DNA of 32,000 bases from Acaryochloris thomasi RCC1774 (GTDB lineage: Bacteria; Cyanobacteriota; Cyanobacteriia; Thermosynechococcales; Thermosynechococcaceae), in contig NZ_PQWO01000004.1 in the NCBI RefSeq assembly GCF_003231495.1, forward strand, positions 150,001 to 182,000, in the 5' to 3' direction. How positions within the stretch are numbered: position 1 is the stretch's first letter; each line of letters starts with the position of its first letter. Made by a program: the position numbers and the translations under genes. Below, piece by piece: positions 9,501 to 18,634 of this stretch. The notes below the pieces were generated by a model, which did no database searches, was not told the DNA's origin, and saw nothing but the letters and a program-made list of their open reading frames with translations.

Positions 9501-10073
9501 TCACACCGTCAGCATTTCCGACGCTGTCAGCTTCCAACTGTTAAAACTTGGAGACTGTACTTTCTGATCTCCAGCAAAGATTGTTTCTTGATAGCCCTCT
9601 GCTGTTAGAAAAAGCACTGTCACCTGGCTTTCTATCGGATCAATGATCCAAGACTCAGGAATCTCTCGCCATTCGTACTGATTGCGCTTATCGAGGTAGT
9701 CGCGCCGATGATTCTCAGACCCAGGACTCACGACTTCAACAACTAAAAGAGGCGGAGCCATCTCCAGCGTGATAGCTGCTTGTCCGAGATCTTTCATCTG
9801 TTCGGGATGCTCGGGCCGTAATACTGTCAGGTCAGGGTAGCGATTCTTCGGCTGTCCTGGCATTGCCAAGACTAGTCCCTGCAGTCGGATTTGACGCATT
9901 CCAACTAAGGCTTTCAATGCTTCGTATAGCTGCATCGCCCGATAAAGATCTTCGTCAGATTCAGGCGGCACTGTAATTAATGCTCCATTGCTTAACTCGT
10001 GGCGGTCATCCAGACCGTCGGTGTAGGCAAGGTAGTCTGCAAAGGTTTGGAGCTTAGGTTGAGCCTGTATCAT
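9501..10073 (-). CDS. Uma2 family (DUF820) putative restriction-endonuclease-like protein
   Basis: 190 aa. N-terminal TFADYLAYTD...ELSNGALI, then PDLTVL, VVEVVSPGS...D...K...Y...IPE.WIIDP, the PD-(D/E)xK-like layout common in cyanobacterial Uma2 proteins. Confidence 0.8.
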   Translation of the reverse strand: MIQAQPKLQTFADYLAYTDGLDDRHELSNGALITVPPESDEDLYRAMQLYEALKALVGMRQIRLQGLVLAMPGQPKNRYPDLTVLRPEHPEQMKDLGQAAITLEMAPPLLVVEVVSPGSENHRRDYLDKRNQYEWREIPESWIIDPIESQVTVLFLTAEGYQETIFAGDQKVQSPSFNSWKLTASEMLTV

Positions 10074-10151
10074 GACGTTTAGCTTCCTGGCTGCTGCGTC
10101 GCTTTTCTCATTCTACGCCAACCGCCTGGACTGGATGGGGTGACCTAGAGT

Positions 10152-11318
10152 CTACAAGACGAGGTTCCGGCGTAAGTCTAAGCCCACCTGGACCGCGCAG
10201 GCGATCGCAACTAAAACAATCAAGGTCAGAGAGTTGAGCGGGGTTGATGCGATCGCAAGTACCCCGACAAACGCCGCCGATCCCAATCGATAGGTGCCAA
10301 CAATCCGGCGCACATGCGGGCTACCTAGCGTCCAAGTGACGCGGTGGATCGCACCCAGCAGGCATAAGCACAAAGCCACAGAACCACAGAACAACCAGCG
10401 ATCGGCAGTGGAGGGTACAACCTGGACGCCGTTGGAGACCATCCGCTCAACCCCTATGCCCATCGTCGTTAGGCAAATTGCCAAGGGTAGATGGGCATAG
10501 ACCCAGCCCATTGCGATCACAACATTCCCGTCTTTGATGCGTTGCAAAGGTGAGCCATCCACCGAGTCGAAGTAGAGCCACCAGAGACTAAAGGCAATGC
10601 TGAGGCTTAAAAATGCTGCCACAATCGATAGCACCCCCCAATCATGTTCCGACAAGCCCTGAACGACCCCGATGATTGATTCCCCCAGCACAATGATCGT
10701 AAACAGTCCGAATCGCTCCGGTAGATGGGTGACGCTGGGCGGGAACTGCGTCACCCACTGGCTCGCCATAAATGGGGTCGTTAGATCGATCAAGATGCCG
10801 ATGGCCCAGAATCCCACGCGCCACGGTAGCGGTACCAGGAGCGAAATCAGCCAAAATACAGCACCCGTCCCAAAGCCAAGCGCATAAATTGTGGTGAGTC
10901 CCCGGACCTCTGGGACATGATAGCCCGCATGTAAATTCTGTAAAATCAGCAAAATACGAAACAGGATATAGCAGATTGCAAATTCTACCGAGGCATCGGT
11001 TAAGCCCGCATTGACCTGCACCGCCATTGCGGCCACGATTGCCATTTCAAATAGGGAGGCTAACCGGTCGGACAAATCATCGGTATCGAAACGAGTCGCA
11101 TAAAAAGTTGCCCCCAGCCAGCACACCCAAATGGGAACGAAGAAGGCAATGTAGGTGGCAAATCCACTCCAGTCAAGATTCGCGCTGAAATAGCTTGCTA
11201 ATTGAGCGATGGCCGCCACGAACACCAGATCATAGAATAGCTCTAGCCAAGTTGCACCACGTCCTTCATGGTCTTCATCACGTCTTAAATGGGGCGGCTG
11301 CCAAAAGGTTCGGGTCAT
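10152..11318 (-). CDS. Low-temperature-requirement A (LtrA)-like polytopic membrane protein
   Basis: 388 aa with about 10 hydrophobic segments. The N-terminal ATWLELFYDLVFVAAIAQL is the family's signature start. Confidence 0.75.
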   Translation of the reverse strand: MTRTFWQPPHLRRDEDHEGRGATWLELFYDLVFVAAIAQLASYFSANLDWSGFATYIAFFVPIWVCWLGATFYATRFDTDDLSDRLASLFEMAIVAAMAVQVNAGLTDASVEFAICYILFRILLILQNLHAGYHVPEVRGLTTIYALGFGTGAVFWLISLLVPLPWRVGFWAIGILIDLTTPFMASQWVTQFPPSVTHLPERFGLFTIIVLGESIIGVVQGLSEHDWGVLSIVAAFLSLSIAFSLWWLYFDSVDGSPLQRIKDGNVVIAMGWVYAHLPLAICLTTMGIGVERMVSNGVQVVPSTADRWLFCGSVALCLCLLGAIHRVTWTLGSPHVRRIVGTYRLGSAAFVGVLAIASTPLNSLTLIVLVAIACAVQVGLDLRRNLVL

Positions 11319-11448
11319 AAAGTGAGGCTAACGTGAGATCGCACCCTCGCATTCTAAGGCGATCTGCAGAAATCTTTATAGTAGTGCGGTCAGACAGTAA
11401 AGACCTGTGATACTCCTGTCAGAGAATACCCTTCTTCTCGTTTTAGGG

Positions 11449-11568
11449 TTAGTGTCCTGGAATGAAATAGGCAAATAAAATGGGCTTAAGCGCTGATAGC
11501 ACAGCCGTGATTGCAATACCGATGGCTAATGTTTTCGCCGCGGAGGCGTAACCCGCTTGTGGACTCAT
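11449..11568 (-). CDS. Possible 39-aa single-TM micro-protein (not in ORF track)
   Basis: Hand translation gives MSPQAGYASAAKTLAIGIAITAVLSALKPILFAYFIPGH*. Its ATG overlaps the TGA of the upstream 61-aa ORF (ATGA at 11565-11568). Confidence 0.3.
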   Translation of the reverse strand: MSPQAGYASAAKTLAIGIAITAVLSALKPILFAYFIPGH

Positions 11569-11750
11569 GATCTGATCTGATCGAGTCGAGTTAAGGTGCT
11601 GGTCTGCTGCGTTGCCATATCTGACTGACGAGTTGCCACGCCATCAATCTGTGTTGCCATCTCTGATTGGCGCCTCGCCACACCATCAACCTTCTGCTCT
11701 ATACGGTCAAGCTGCTGAGCTAACTGACTCTCTGAATCTGTTGACTGCAT
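11565..11750 (-). CDS. Small Q/R-rich coiled-coil-like protein with an internal 14-aa tandem duplication
   Basis: 61-aa ORF in which VDGVARRQSEMATQ / IDGVATRQSDMATQ (11607-11690) form a 42-nt tandem repeat. No family recognised. Confidence 0.4.
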   Translation of the reverse strand: MQSTDSESQLAQQLDRIEQKVDGVARRQSEMATQIDGVATRQSDMATQQTSTLTRLDQIRS

Positions 11751-11793
11751 TCGATCTACTCCGCCGCTGTCCTGCTTCTATCGTACATACGTT

Positions 11794-12507
11794 TCACTGC
11801 AATGTGACGGAGGGGGAGCTAGGGAAAGTCTGGCGGATCACGAGCATTTGATTGCCACCTTTCTGAAGCTCGTAGGGAACTTGAGTCAGATGTACCGCAT
11901 AGCCGGATGTTTTGAAAGTCTGCATGACTGAATCAAGATAGGACGATTGCTCCAGCATTAGCGTCAGCAGCGGAAAGATTCGAATCTCAGAACTGATGCG
12001 CAACATCTCGTGAATAGCGCTGTGATGAAAGGCTTCATCCACATGATCAGAGTACAGGAATAAGAAGTGAGAGCACAGCGCGAGGTCAAATTGGTTATCG
12101 GCAAACGGCAAATTAGGCAGCTCACCGACAAGATAACGACCTGCCTGCTTCCCTGATTCATAGTCCTGCAGGAATTTCTGAAGCACCTGCTCTCGGTTCT
12201 GGCGCAGATCTTCAGGTGACTGATGGTAAGACCAGATCCAGTCATCTGGAGAGGATTTGACTTGGTCGATAATGTCATCGACTACGGCATCGAAGCGCTG
12301 CTGAATCTCGGCACCGTTGAAAGCATAGACAGGATCGATTGAGGTGACTTGAAATCCTTGCTGGGTTGCTTCGGCGTTGAAGCTAGCGGGTCCATCACCG
12401 ACGCCTAGAATCTGTTTACTCAGATCGCTTGTGCATAGACTAAACATTTGCTGATATTCGTCAAAGGATCGTCCGAAGGGAACGACGTTTGCGAGTTGCA
12501 TGACCAT
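11794..12507 (-). CDS. Putative class I SAM-dependent methyltransferase
   Basis: 237 aa. A motif I-like ILGVGDGPASF is followed by acidic loop and FDLALCSHFLF elements in the usual order. The motif is degenerate, so confidence is moderate. Confidence 0.6.
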   Translation of the reverse strand: MVMQLANVVPFGRSFDEYQQMFSLCTSDLSKQILGVGDGPASFNAEATQQGFQVTSIDPVYAFNGAEIQQRFDAVVDDIIDQVKSSPDDWIWSYHQSPEDLRQNREQVLQKFLQDYESGKQAGRYLVGELPNLPFADNQFDLALCSHFLFLYSDHVDEAFHHSAIHEMLRISSEIRIFPLLTLMLEQSSYLDSVMQTFKTSGYAVHLTQVPYELQKGGNQMLVIRQTFPSSPSVTLQ

Positions 12508-12617
12508 AGGCTAATTCTCAGAATGCAACTCTATAGTAAGTGTTGATACTCAGTGAATGACAATCGTGGGATGTACGCTGACAGCGGCTACATTCATGCA
12601 GACCTTCGGAGCCAGCC

Positions 12618-13022
12618 ATGAACCGTAAGCTTCTCTCTATTTCGTTAAGCGTACTGCTGAGTGTAGGAAGTGTTGGCTGCAATCTTATTCCTGCGAGTGA
12701 CGAGATCGCACCTCCCCAACTCCTCGAACAAATTGAGGCTCAAGCCGCTCCCGTTATTTTAGATGTGCGATCTGCCCGTGAATATCGCGAAGGACACATC
12801 CCAGGCGCTATCAATATTGAGTTTCGGCAGTTGCCCCAAAGACTAAGTGAACTCCCCACCGCGACGGGACAGACCATCGTTGTATATTGTGAAACAGGCG
12901 TTAGAGCCGCTGTTGCCAACGTCACCTTACAAAACGCAGGTTATACAACGATCCTGCAGCTAGATGGACATATGAAAGCTTGGCGATCTAAGGGTTTACC
13001 GATCGAACAATTCGCGAGCTGA
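12618..13022 (+). CDS. Rhodanese-domain sulfurtransferase, probable lipoprotein
   Basis: Signal plus lipobox (LLSVGSVGCN). It has the rhodanese fold motifs ILDVRSAREYREGHIPGAINI and the active-site loop YCETGVRA. Confidence 0.85.
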   Translation: MNRKLLSISLSVLLSVGSVGCNLIPASDEIAPPQLLEQIEAQAAPVILDVRSAREYREGHIPGAINIEFRQLPQRLSELPTATGQTIVVYCETGVRAAVANVTLQNAGYTTILQLDGHMKAWRSKGLPIEQFAS

Positions 13023-13067
13023 ATCGGCGATTCATACGCTCCGACTGTAGCCATCACAGATAGCCCC

Positions 13068-13526
13068 ATGCTGAATCAGATTAAAAACTACGTTCAGTTG
13101 ACGCCGACAATCGGCACCTCCGGCCAGCCCACCGCTGATCAATTTAGCGTCATTGCTGACGCAGGCTATCAAAGCATCATCAACCTCGCAATGCCAGATT
13201 CAGATTACGCCATCGCGACAGAGGGGAGCATCGTTACAACGCTAGGAATGGCCTATATCCATATTCCGGTCCCCTTCGAGCAGCCCACTGCCCAACACCT
13301 GAAAATCTTCATTCAAGTCATGGATGCCTTTGCAGACCGCAACGTTTGGGTTCATTGCGCAGCGAACTATCGCGTCTCAGCCTTTCTCTACCACTATCGG
13401 CAACTCAGGCAGGGATGCTCGGCTCAAGTGGCCCGCTCTCCTATGTTTGAACGGTGGAAACCTGATGACGTTTGGCAAGCGTTCTTAGATCTAGAACATC
13501 ACAAGCTTGGTCTAGATCACGCCTAA
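13068..13526 (+). CDS. DUF442 / PTP-superfamily phosphatase-like protein (Blh N-terminal-domain type)
   Basis: 152 aa. TSGQPT...AGYQSIINL...YIHIPV... and the Cys loop VHCAANYRVS (C-x4-R) match the DUF442 pattern as I recall it. Confidence 0.6.
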   Translation: MLNQIKNYVQLTPTIGTSGQPTADQFSVIADAGYQSIINLAMPDSDYAIATEGSIVTTLGMAYIHIPVPFEQPTAQHLKIFIQVMDAFADRNVWVHCAANYRVSAFLYHYRQLRQGCSAQVARSPMFERWKPDDVWQAFLDLEHHKLGLDHA

Positions 13527-13784
13527 TTGAGAAGCACGTAGCATTTTTGGTAACCAATCGCGATTTTTGAGATGCGATCGCAATAATGGATGAAGAGTCA
13601 AGCAACTAAAATTTAATCTCACATTGTGTTCAACAGTGACTCAAATGTGGGCAGACTAATGGGGCCAAACTGTCGCTAGGAGCTGCAGTCGTTTTCGATC
13701 TTTTAACAGAATGAAAACGCGCTCAGTCCTGCGGTGCGCCAGGGGTTAGTACAGCTTGACCCCACGTAAAAGCAACAAAGGTGA

Positions 13785-15740
13785 ATGAAGTCCATGAAAA
13801 AAACTGTAGTTGGTCTCTTCTTGGCCAGTAGTCTCGGCATGATTGGGGCAATGGAATGGGTCGCTCCTGCTGCTATTGCTCAAACCGAATCGAGTACCAT
13901 CACCTACAAAGTGGGAACTCAAAATATTCCACTAGAGGTCCGCGAGGACTTGGTGGCTGTACAGTTCAAAAGAACCCGTTCCGGTCAAGCACAACCCTTT
14001 GAGCGTTTGCAGCAAGATCTTCAAGGCGGTATCCGATCCGGTGCTGTCACAGTAGAACCCGTTCTCCAAACCTATGCGCTGATTAGCCTCAAGCGCGGGA
14101 GCCGTGGCGCAACCGTACGGGCACTTCAGCAACGGGCAGAAAATCTGGACTATGTAGAAGAGACAATTCCGGTGCTGTCTCGGCAGGACTCTGATCAGGC
14201 GGTTCTGCTGCCCAACGAACTGATGGTCACTATCGAGGGTGATACCGCACAGGTTAAGCAAGTCTTACAGCGCAACGATCTGACCTTGATTCGGCCTGTT
14301 CGCTTCACTCAAAATCGCTACTTGGTCAAAGCAAAATCAGCCCGAGGACTAGAGGTCTTAGACTTCGCCAATCAGTTGAACAATACATCTGAAATTGGAT
14401 CAGCTTCCCCTAACTTTATTCAAGATCTGGTGGTTCCTGAGCAAGAGGCCGACGCCCCGCAGGCTACGCGCCAAGCAGCTCGCTCCGCTAGCGAAATGCC
14501 GTCCCTCCGTGACGGTCAATGGCATATTGATAGTCGCCCTCAACGCGGTCAGAGTGCTTCACGCGTCGATGTTCTAGCTCCAGAAGCTTGGGAAGAAAGC
14601 AAAGACGGAAAGGGGACCGTGGTTGCGGTGCTGGACAGCTTAATCCAGTGGGACCACCCAGACTTAAAGAAAAGCATGTACAAAGTCAGGAAGGTGGCAG
14701 ATCCTTTGCCGAATGAGATACATGGCTGGGATTTTGTCGAGGACGACGCTGACACGCGCATGAGTCCATCAGAGATAGAGTGGCTAACCAGTCGTTTCCG
14801 TGACACCTTTTTACTCTCAGATGACAAGCTTGTGCAGGACTACGGCTTCAAGGGACAGTTCTCATACTGCAGCTATTACTATGCCCGCACACCTGCAGCC
14901 CATGCTAACTGTCTTCGCAGAGGCATTCGAGGAGAATCTGCGGGCACCTTTCACGGCACAATGGTTTCTGGTGTGATCGCGGCCAAATCCAAGAAAGGAG
15001 CCGTTGGGATTGCACCTAAGGCCAAAATCTTGCCCGTACGCGTCCTTGGGATTGAGGGCTATGGCAGCATGATTAACATTGCAGAGGGCATTCTTTATGC
15101 CGCCTCTCGTAATGCTGACGTGATTAACATGAGCCTCGGAGGTTCGTTCCCCAGCTATGTTCATCAAGAAGTCATCAAAGAAGTTCTGGCCGACAATCCT
15201 AACTTGGTGATCGTTGCTTCTTCCGGGAACGAAGCAACGCGTCCGGGCTATAGCGGTGAAGTTAGCTACCCTGCCGGATATCCGGGGGTTGTTGCAGTGG
15301 GCGCAACGGATTTAGAGGGACGCCGCAGCCCCTACAGCAGCTACGGAAGCCAGCTTGACGTGGTCGCTCCTGGCGGTAATACTGCGTCTGGCGTGACCGG
15401 GGGCATCTTGACCACGGGCGGTACCTTCCGTTCTGAATTTTGGGATGGAGTCGGCGATGAAGCCGTAGAGCAGTGGAACGGTGCCTTTGATCCTCGGGGA
15501 CAGTATTACTACACCCAAGGAACCTCATTCTCTAGCCCCGTCGTTGCGGGTGTCGTCGCGCTTATGAAGGGAGAAGATCGCAAGCGCAAGCTCTCTAGCC
15601 AGCAAATGATGGATATTCTAGAGCAGACGTCGAGTCTTAAAAATTTAGAGAGACTGCCTGCGGGTAAGCAAAAGCTCTACTACGGCTCGGGTTTGGTCGA
15701 TGCTCAAAAAGCGGTGCAGGCTGTCAGAGACGCCCTCTGA
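13785..15740 (+). CDS. Secreted S8 family (subtilisin-like) serine peptidase with long N-terminal region
   Basis: It has a signal peptide. The catalytic triad contexts are VVAVLDSLIQWDHPDL (Asp), GTFHGTMVSGVIAA (His) and GTSFSSPVVAGVVALM (Ser). Confidence 0.9.
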   Translation: MKSMKKTVVGLFLASSLGMIGAMEWVAPAAIAQTESSTITYKVGTQNIPLEVREDLVAVQFKRTRSGQAQPFERLQQDLQGGIRSGAVTVEPVLQTYALISLKRGSRGATVRALQQRAENLDYVEETIPVLSRQDSDQAVLLPNELMVTIEGDTAQVKQVLQRNDLTLIRPVRFTQNRYLVKAKSARGLEVLDFANQLNNTSEIGSASPNFIQDLVVPEQEADAPQATRQAARSASEMPSLRDGQWHIDSRPQRGQSASRVDVLAPEAWEESKDGKGTVVAVLDSLIQWDHPDLKKSMYKVRKVADPLPNEIHGWDFVEDDADTRMSPSEIEWLTSRFRDTFLLSDDKLVQDYGFKGQFSYCSYYYARTPAAHANCLRRGIRGESAGTFHGTMVSGVIAAKSKKGAVGIAPKAKILPVRVLGIEGYGSMINIAEGILYAASRNADVINMSLGGSFPSYVHQEVIKEVLADNPNLVIVASSGNEATRPGYSGEVSYPAGYPGVVAVGATDLEGRRSPYSSYGSQLDVVAPGGNTASGVTGGILTTGGTFRSEFWDGVGDEAVEQWNGAFDPRGQYYYTQGTSFSSPVVAGVVALMKGEDRKRKLSSQQMMDILEQTSSLKNLERLPAGKQKLYYGSGLVDAQKAVQAVRDAL

Positions 15741-15767
15741 TTTAGTGTAGAGAACGGGTGATAATTT

Positions 15768-15791
15768 CTCCGCAGCCCACAGACTGCGGAG
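15768..15791 (+). terminator. Candidate hairpin terminator after the S8 peptidase gene
   Basis: Perfect 8-bp stem ctccgcag / ctgcggag with an 8-nt loop, 28 nt after the stop. The downstream T-tract is weak (atgcctttg). Confidence 0.4.
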
Positions 15792-15876
15792 ATGCCTTTG
15801 CCTCTGCTTGCATGGCTGGCGACAGAGCTGTCGCAGCACTATCAATGGAAATTCTTTTGATTTTTGCAAAAGGATT

Positions 15877-16128
15877 ATGAAGTCTTTAATCCTTACAGTC
15901 GGTCGGCTCGCTCTAATGACGGCGGGCGTTCCTAGCGTGATCGTGTCGCTTTGGTCCGTGCCCGATGCACCCACCGTAGAGCTGATGACGGTCTTTGATC
16001 GACAGCTCCAGTAGGGACAGAACAAAGCCCAAGCTTTGCGGCAGGCAATGTTAGCGACGCTCAAGCAACATCCAGAATCCGAAACCTAGGCCGCTTTTTA
16101 TTTCATGGGAACAGTCCAGCCTAGCTGA
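15877..16128 (+). pseudogene. 3'-terminal remnant of a CHAT-domain protein gene, interrupted by two in-frame TAG codons
   Basis: The single-frame translation is ...LALMTAGVPSVIVSLWSVPDAPTVELMTVFDRQLQ*GQNKAQALRQAMLATLKQHPESET*AAFYFMG. This is the conserved CHAT C-terminus (AG.PSVV.SLW.V.D..T..LM..FY..L..G..KA.ALRQA.L......P..WAAF.L.G). Stops are at 16012-16014 and 16087-16089, the second where the conserved Trp (TGG) is expected. No catalytic region lies upstream. Confidence 0.6.
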
Positions 16129-16194
16129 CTCAAGGTTTCTTCGTTAGCCGATTAGACATGCCAAACTTGAGAGGTAGACTAATCTTGCAGCCCA

Positions 16195-18594
16195 ATGACC
16201 GTCTCTCAAACGCCTGCTCTAGAGTGGCAAACTGCTGCCGCGTCTCAACCACCGGATTGGCTGATCGCTGCCGTCCGTAAAGCAGCGCCAGTGTCTGGAG
16301 AGTTTGCAGCCCAACTGCTCTGGCAGCGTGGCCTTCAAGATCCGCAACAGGTGGCTGGATTCCTGGACCCGAACCAATATCAACCGGCCCCCGCCGATTC
16401 CTTCGGGCAAGAAATGCAGCAGGCCGTTGATCGCCTAGTTCAGGCCCGAGAGCAGCAGCAAAAGGTTGCCATTTGGGGAGACTTCGATGCTGATGGCGTC
16501 ACCGCTACCGCCGTTCTATGGGATGGTCTCGGGCAGTTCTTTATCCAGCAAGAAACACTAACCTACACAATTCCCAATCGCCTGATTGAATCCCACGGTC
16601 TATCGCGGCGGGGTTTAGATCAGTTAGCCGCACAGAACTACGATCTGATCGTCACTTGTGACACTGGCAGCACCGATCTCGACGAAATTCACTACGCCCA
16701 ACAGTTAGGGATGGATGTGATCGTCACCGATCACCACACTTTGCCAGACCAGCGCCCGCCGGTCACCGCAATTATTAATCCGCGATCGCTAGCGAGGGAG
16801 CATCCCCTGGCCCACCTGTCGGGCGTGGCTGTTGCCTACAAGCTGGTCGAGGCTATGTACCTGGCACTTCCTGATGTCCCTGAGCAGCCCCTAGAGCATT
16901 TTTTAGATTTAGTGGCAATTGGCTTAATTGCTGATTTGGTCCAGCTCTCAGGAGACTGTCGTTACCTTGCTCAGCGCGGAATTGAACAGCTTCAGCAGCA
17001 GCTTACGCGGCGCACCCGGCCAGGGGTTGCCAAGCTGCTAGAACTCTGTAAGCGATCAGGGGATCGCCCTACTGATATTTCCTTCGGAATTGGTCCTCGC
17101 ATCAATGCCGTCAGTCGGATTCATGGTGATGCTAGCTTCTGCGTGGAGTTACTCACCAGTCAAGATGCAGCACGCTGTCAAGATTTAGCTGCAGAGACCG
17201 AACTCGCCAATACGCGCCGCAAGGCGCTGCAGAAAACGGTAGTGCAGCAGGTGACGGCCAAGCTGGAGCAACTAGATTTGTCTACGATGCAGGTCATTGT
17301 GCTCAGCGATCCGCAGTGGCCGTTGGGTGTGCTGGGACTGGTGGCGGGCCAGGTTGCCCAAACCTATGGTCGGCCTACGATTCTGCTGAGTACCGATGGG
17401 CTAGTTGGGGACGATATTGCTAGGGGTTCGGCTCGCTCGGTCAGCCGCATTGATCTCTATGAGCTAGTCAAAGAGCAGGCGCATCTGTTGCAAAGCTTCG
17501 GAGGACACCCCTTCGCAGCGGGCATGAGCCTTGAGGTTGAGAATATCTTGCTGTTCACTGAAGCGATTAATCAGCAGTTCCGGCAGCGATTTCAAACCCC
17601 ACCCCAGCCGACAGTACAGGCCGATTTAACGATTACAGTCGCAGATCTTGAACGAGAGGGTGGACAGACTTTGTTCAAGGAACTGAAGCTTTTAGAACCC
17701 TGTGGTATGGGAAACCCGGTACCGAAGCTTTTGATTCAGAACTGCTGGTTTGAGAATGTCTGGAATCGCAATATCAAAGATCGTAGAGGAAACAAAGTTC
17801 AGTACATCAAGACAGAGTTTGAACTTTGGGATGACACCGCTGAGCGAGGCTTCCCAGGCTTATGGTGGGGGCATTATCGAGATGAGGTGCCCCAGGGAAA
17901 CTGTGATGTGATCGTGGAGTTAGACTTCAACTCCTATCGCGGTAAGCAGCAGCAGTCACCCTATGAAGTCCGTCTGATTGCGGTGCGTCCTGCAGCTCAA
18001 TCAGAGACTGAGAGTACAGAAACGCCACAGATTTTGGACTGGCGTCAGACTTGCCCCCTCGATTGGTCACCTGAAAGCATTGCTGTTGTCGATCAATGTC
18101 CATTGTCGTGGGACCAGTTGGGCGTTGATCTACAGCAGGCTCAAGCAGAAGGGAAGCAGGCAGCCATGTCCTATGGCCTTCCGGTGGCGATGGTCCATGA
18201 GCAACAGGCGGCTGACAGAGGAGTAGCGGCGATTGCGGGTGAGGATTCTTCTAACGTGACCTCTGCTGCTGTTACATGCTGGGAACAGTGGGTTGGCGTT
18301 GCGAAGTATCTCGTTCGAACGGGACAAGCGGTCACCTATCTACAGCTCCAGCAAAAGCTATCTCTCAGCCGCCGCACCTTAGAATTGGGGATACAAACGC
18401 TGGAGTCTTTGGGTTTTACCTTCCAAGTAGCGGAAGATCGTCTTCACGTTCAGCGGACTGAAGAAGGACCGACGGCGGATGCGAATCAAAGAATTCAAAC
18501 CTTTCTACAGGCTGTCCAGGAAGAACAATTTCAGCAGCAGTATTTTCAAACAGTCCCCCTAGAAACAGTTCAGGCGACCGCCGGGTTGCCCTAG
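16195..18594 (+). CDS. recJ: Single-stranded-DNA-specific exonuclease RecJ (long form)
   Basis: DHH family motifs are IWGDFDADGVTATAVL, CDTGS and VTDHH, with a DHHA1-like GGHPFAAG. At 799 aa it carries a C-terminal extension beyond the roughly 580-aa E. coli-type core. Confidence 0.9.
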   Translation: MTVSQTPALEWQTAAASQPPDWLIAAVRKAAPVSGEFAAQLLWQRGLQDPQQVAGFLDPNQYQPAPADSFGQEMQQAVDRLVQAREQQQKVAIWGDFDADGVTATAVLWDGLGQFFIQQETLTYTIPNRLIESHGLSRRGLDQLAAQNYDLIVTCDTGSTDLDEIHYAQQLGMDVIVTDHHTLPDQRPPVTAIINPRSLAREHPLAHLSGVAVAYKLVEAMYLALPDVPEQPLEHFLDLVAIGLIADLVQLSGDCRYLAQRGIEQLQQQLTRRTRPGVAKLLELCKRSGDRPTDISFGIGPRINAVSRIHGDASFCVELLTSQDAARCQDLAAETELANTRRKALQKTVVQQVTAKLEQLDLSTMQVIVLSDPQWPLGVLGLVAGQVAQTYGRPTILLSTDGLVGDDIARGSARSVSRIDLYELVKEQAHLLQSFGGHPFAAGMSLEVENILLFTEAINQQFRQRFQTPPQPTVQADLTITVADLEREGGQTLFKELKLLEPCGMGNPVPKLLIQNCWFENVWNRNIKDRRGNKVQYIKTEFELWDDTAERGFPGLWWGHYRDEVPQGNCDVIVELDFNSYRGKQQQSPYEVRLIAVRPAAQSETESTETPQILDWRQTCPLDWSPESIAVVDQCPLSWDQLGVDLQQAQAEGKQAAMSYGLPVAMVHEQQAADRGVAAIAGEDSSNVTSAAVTCWEQWVGVAKYLVRTGQAVTYLQLQQKLSLSRRTLELGIQTLESLGFTFQVAEDRLHVQRTEEGPTADANQRIQTFLQAVQEEQFQQQYFQTVPLETVQATAGLP

Positions 18595-18634
18595 CGATCG
18601 CCTATTTTGTTCAGAACTTAAGCTTTAGAGAAAG

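Noticed and set aside
15645-16064. 139-aa minus-strand ORF spanning the S8 gene 3' end and the intergenic region
   Set aside because: It overlaps the S8 peptidase stop region and is antisense to the CHAT-relic frame, which has recognisable homology. Its translation has no features.
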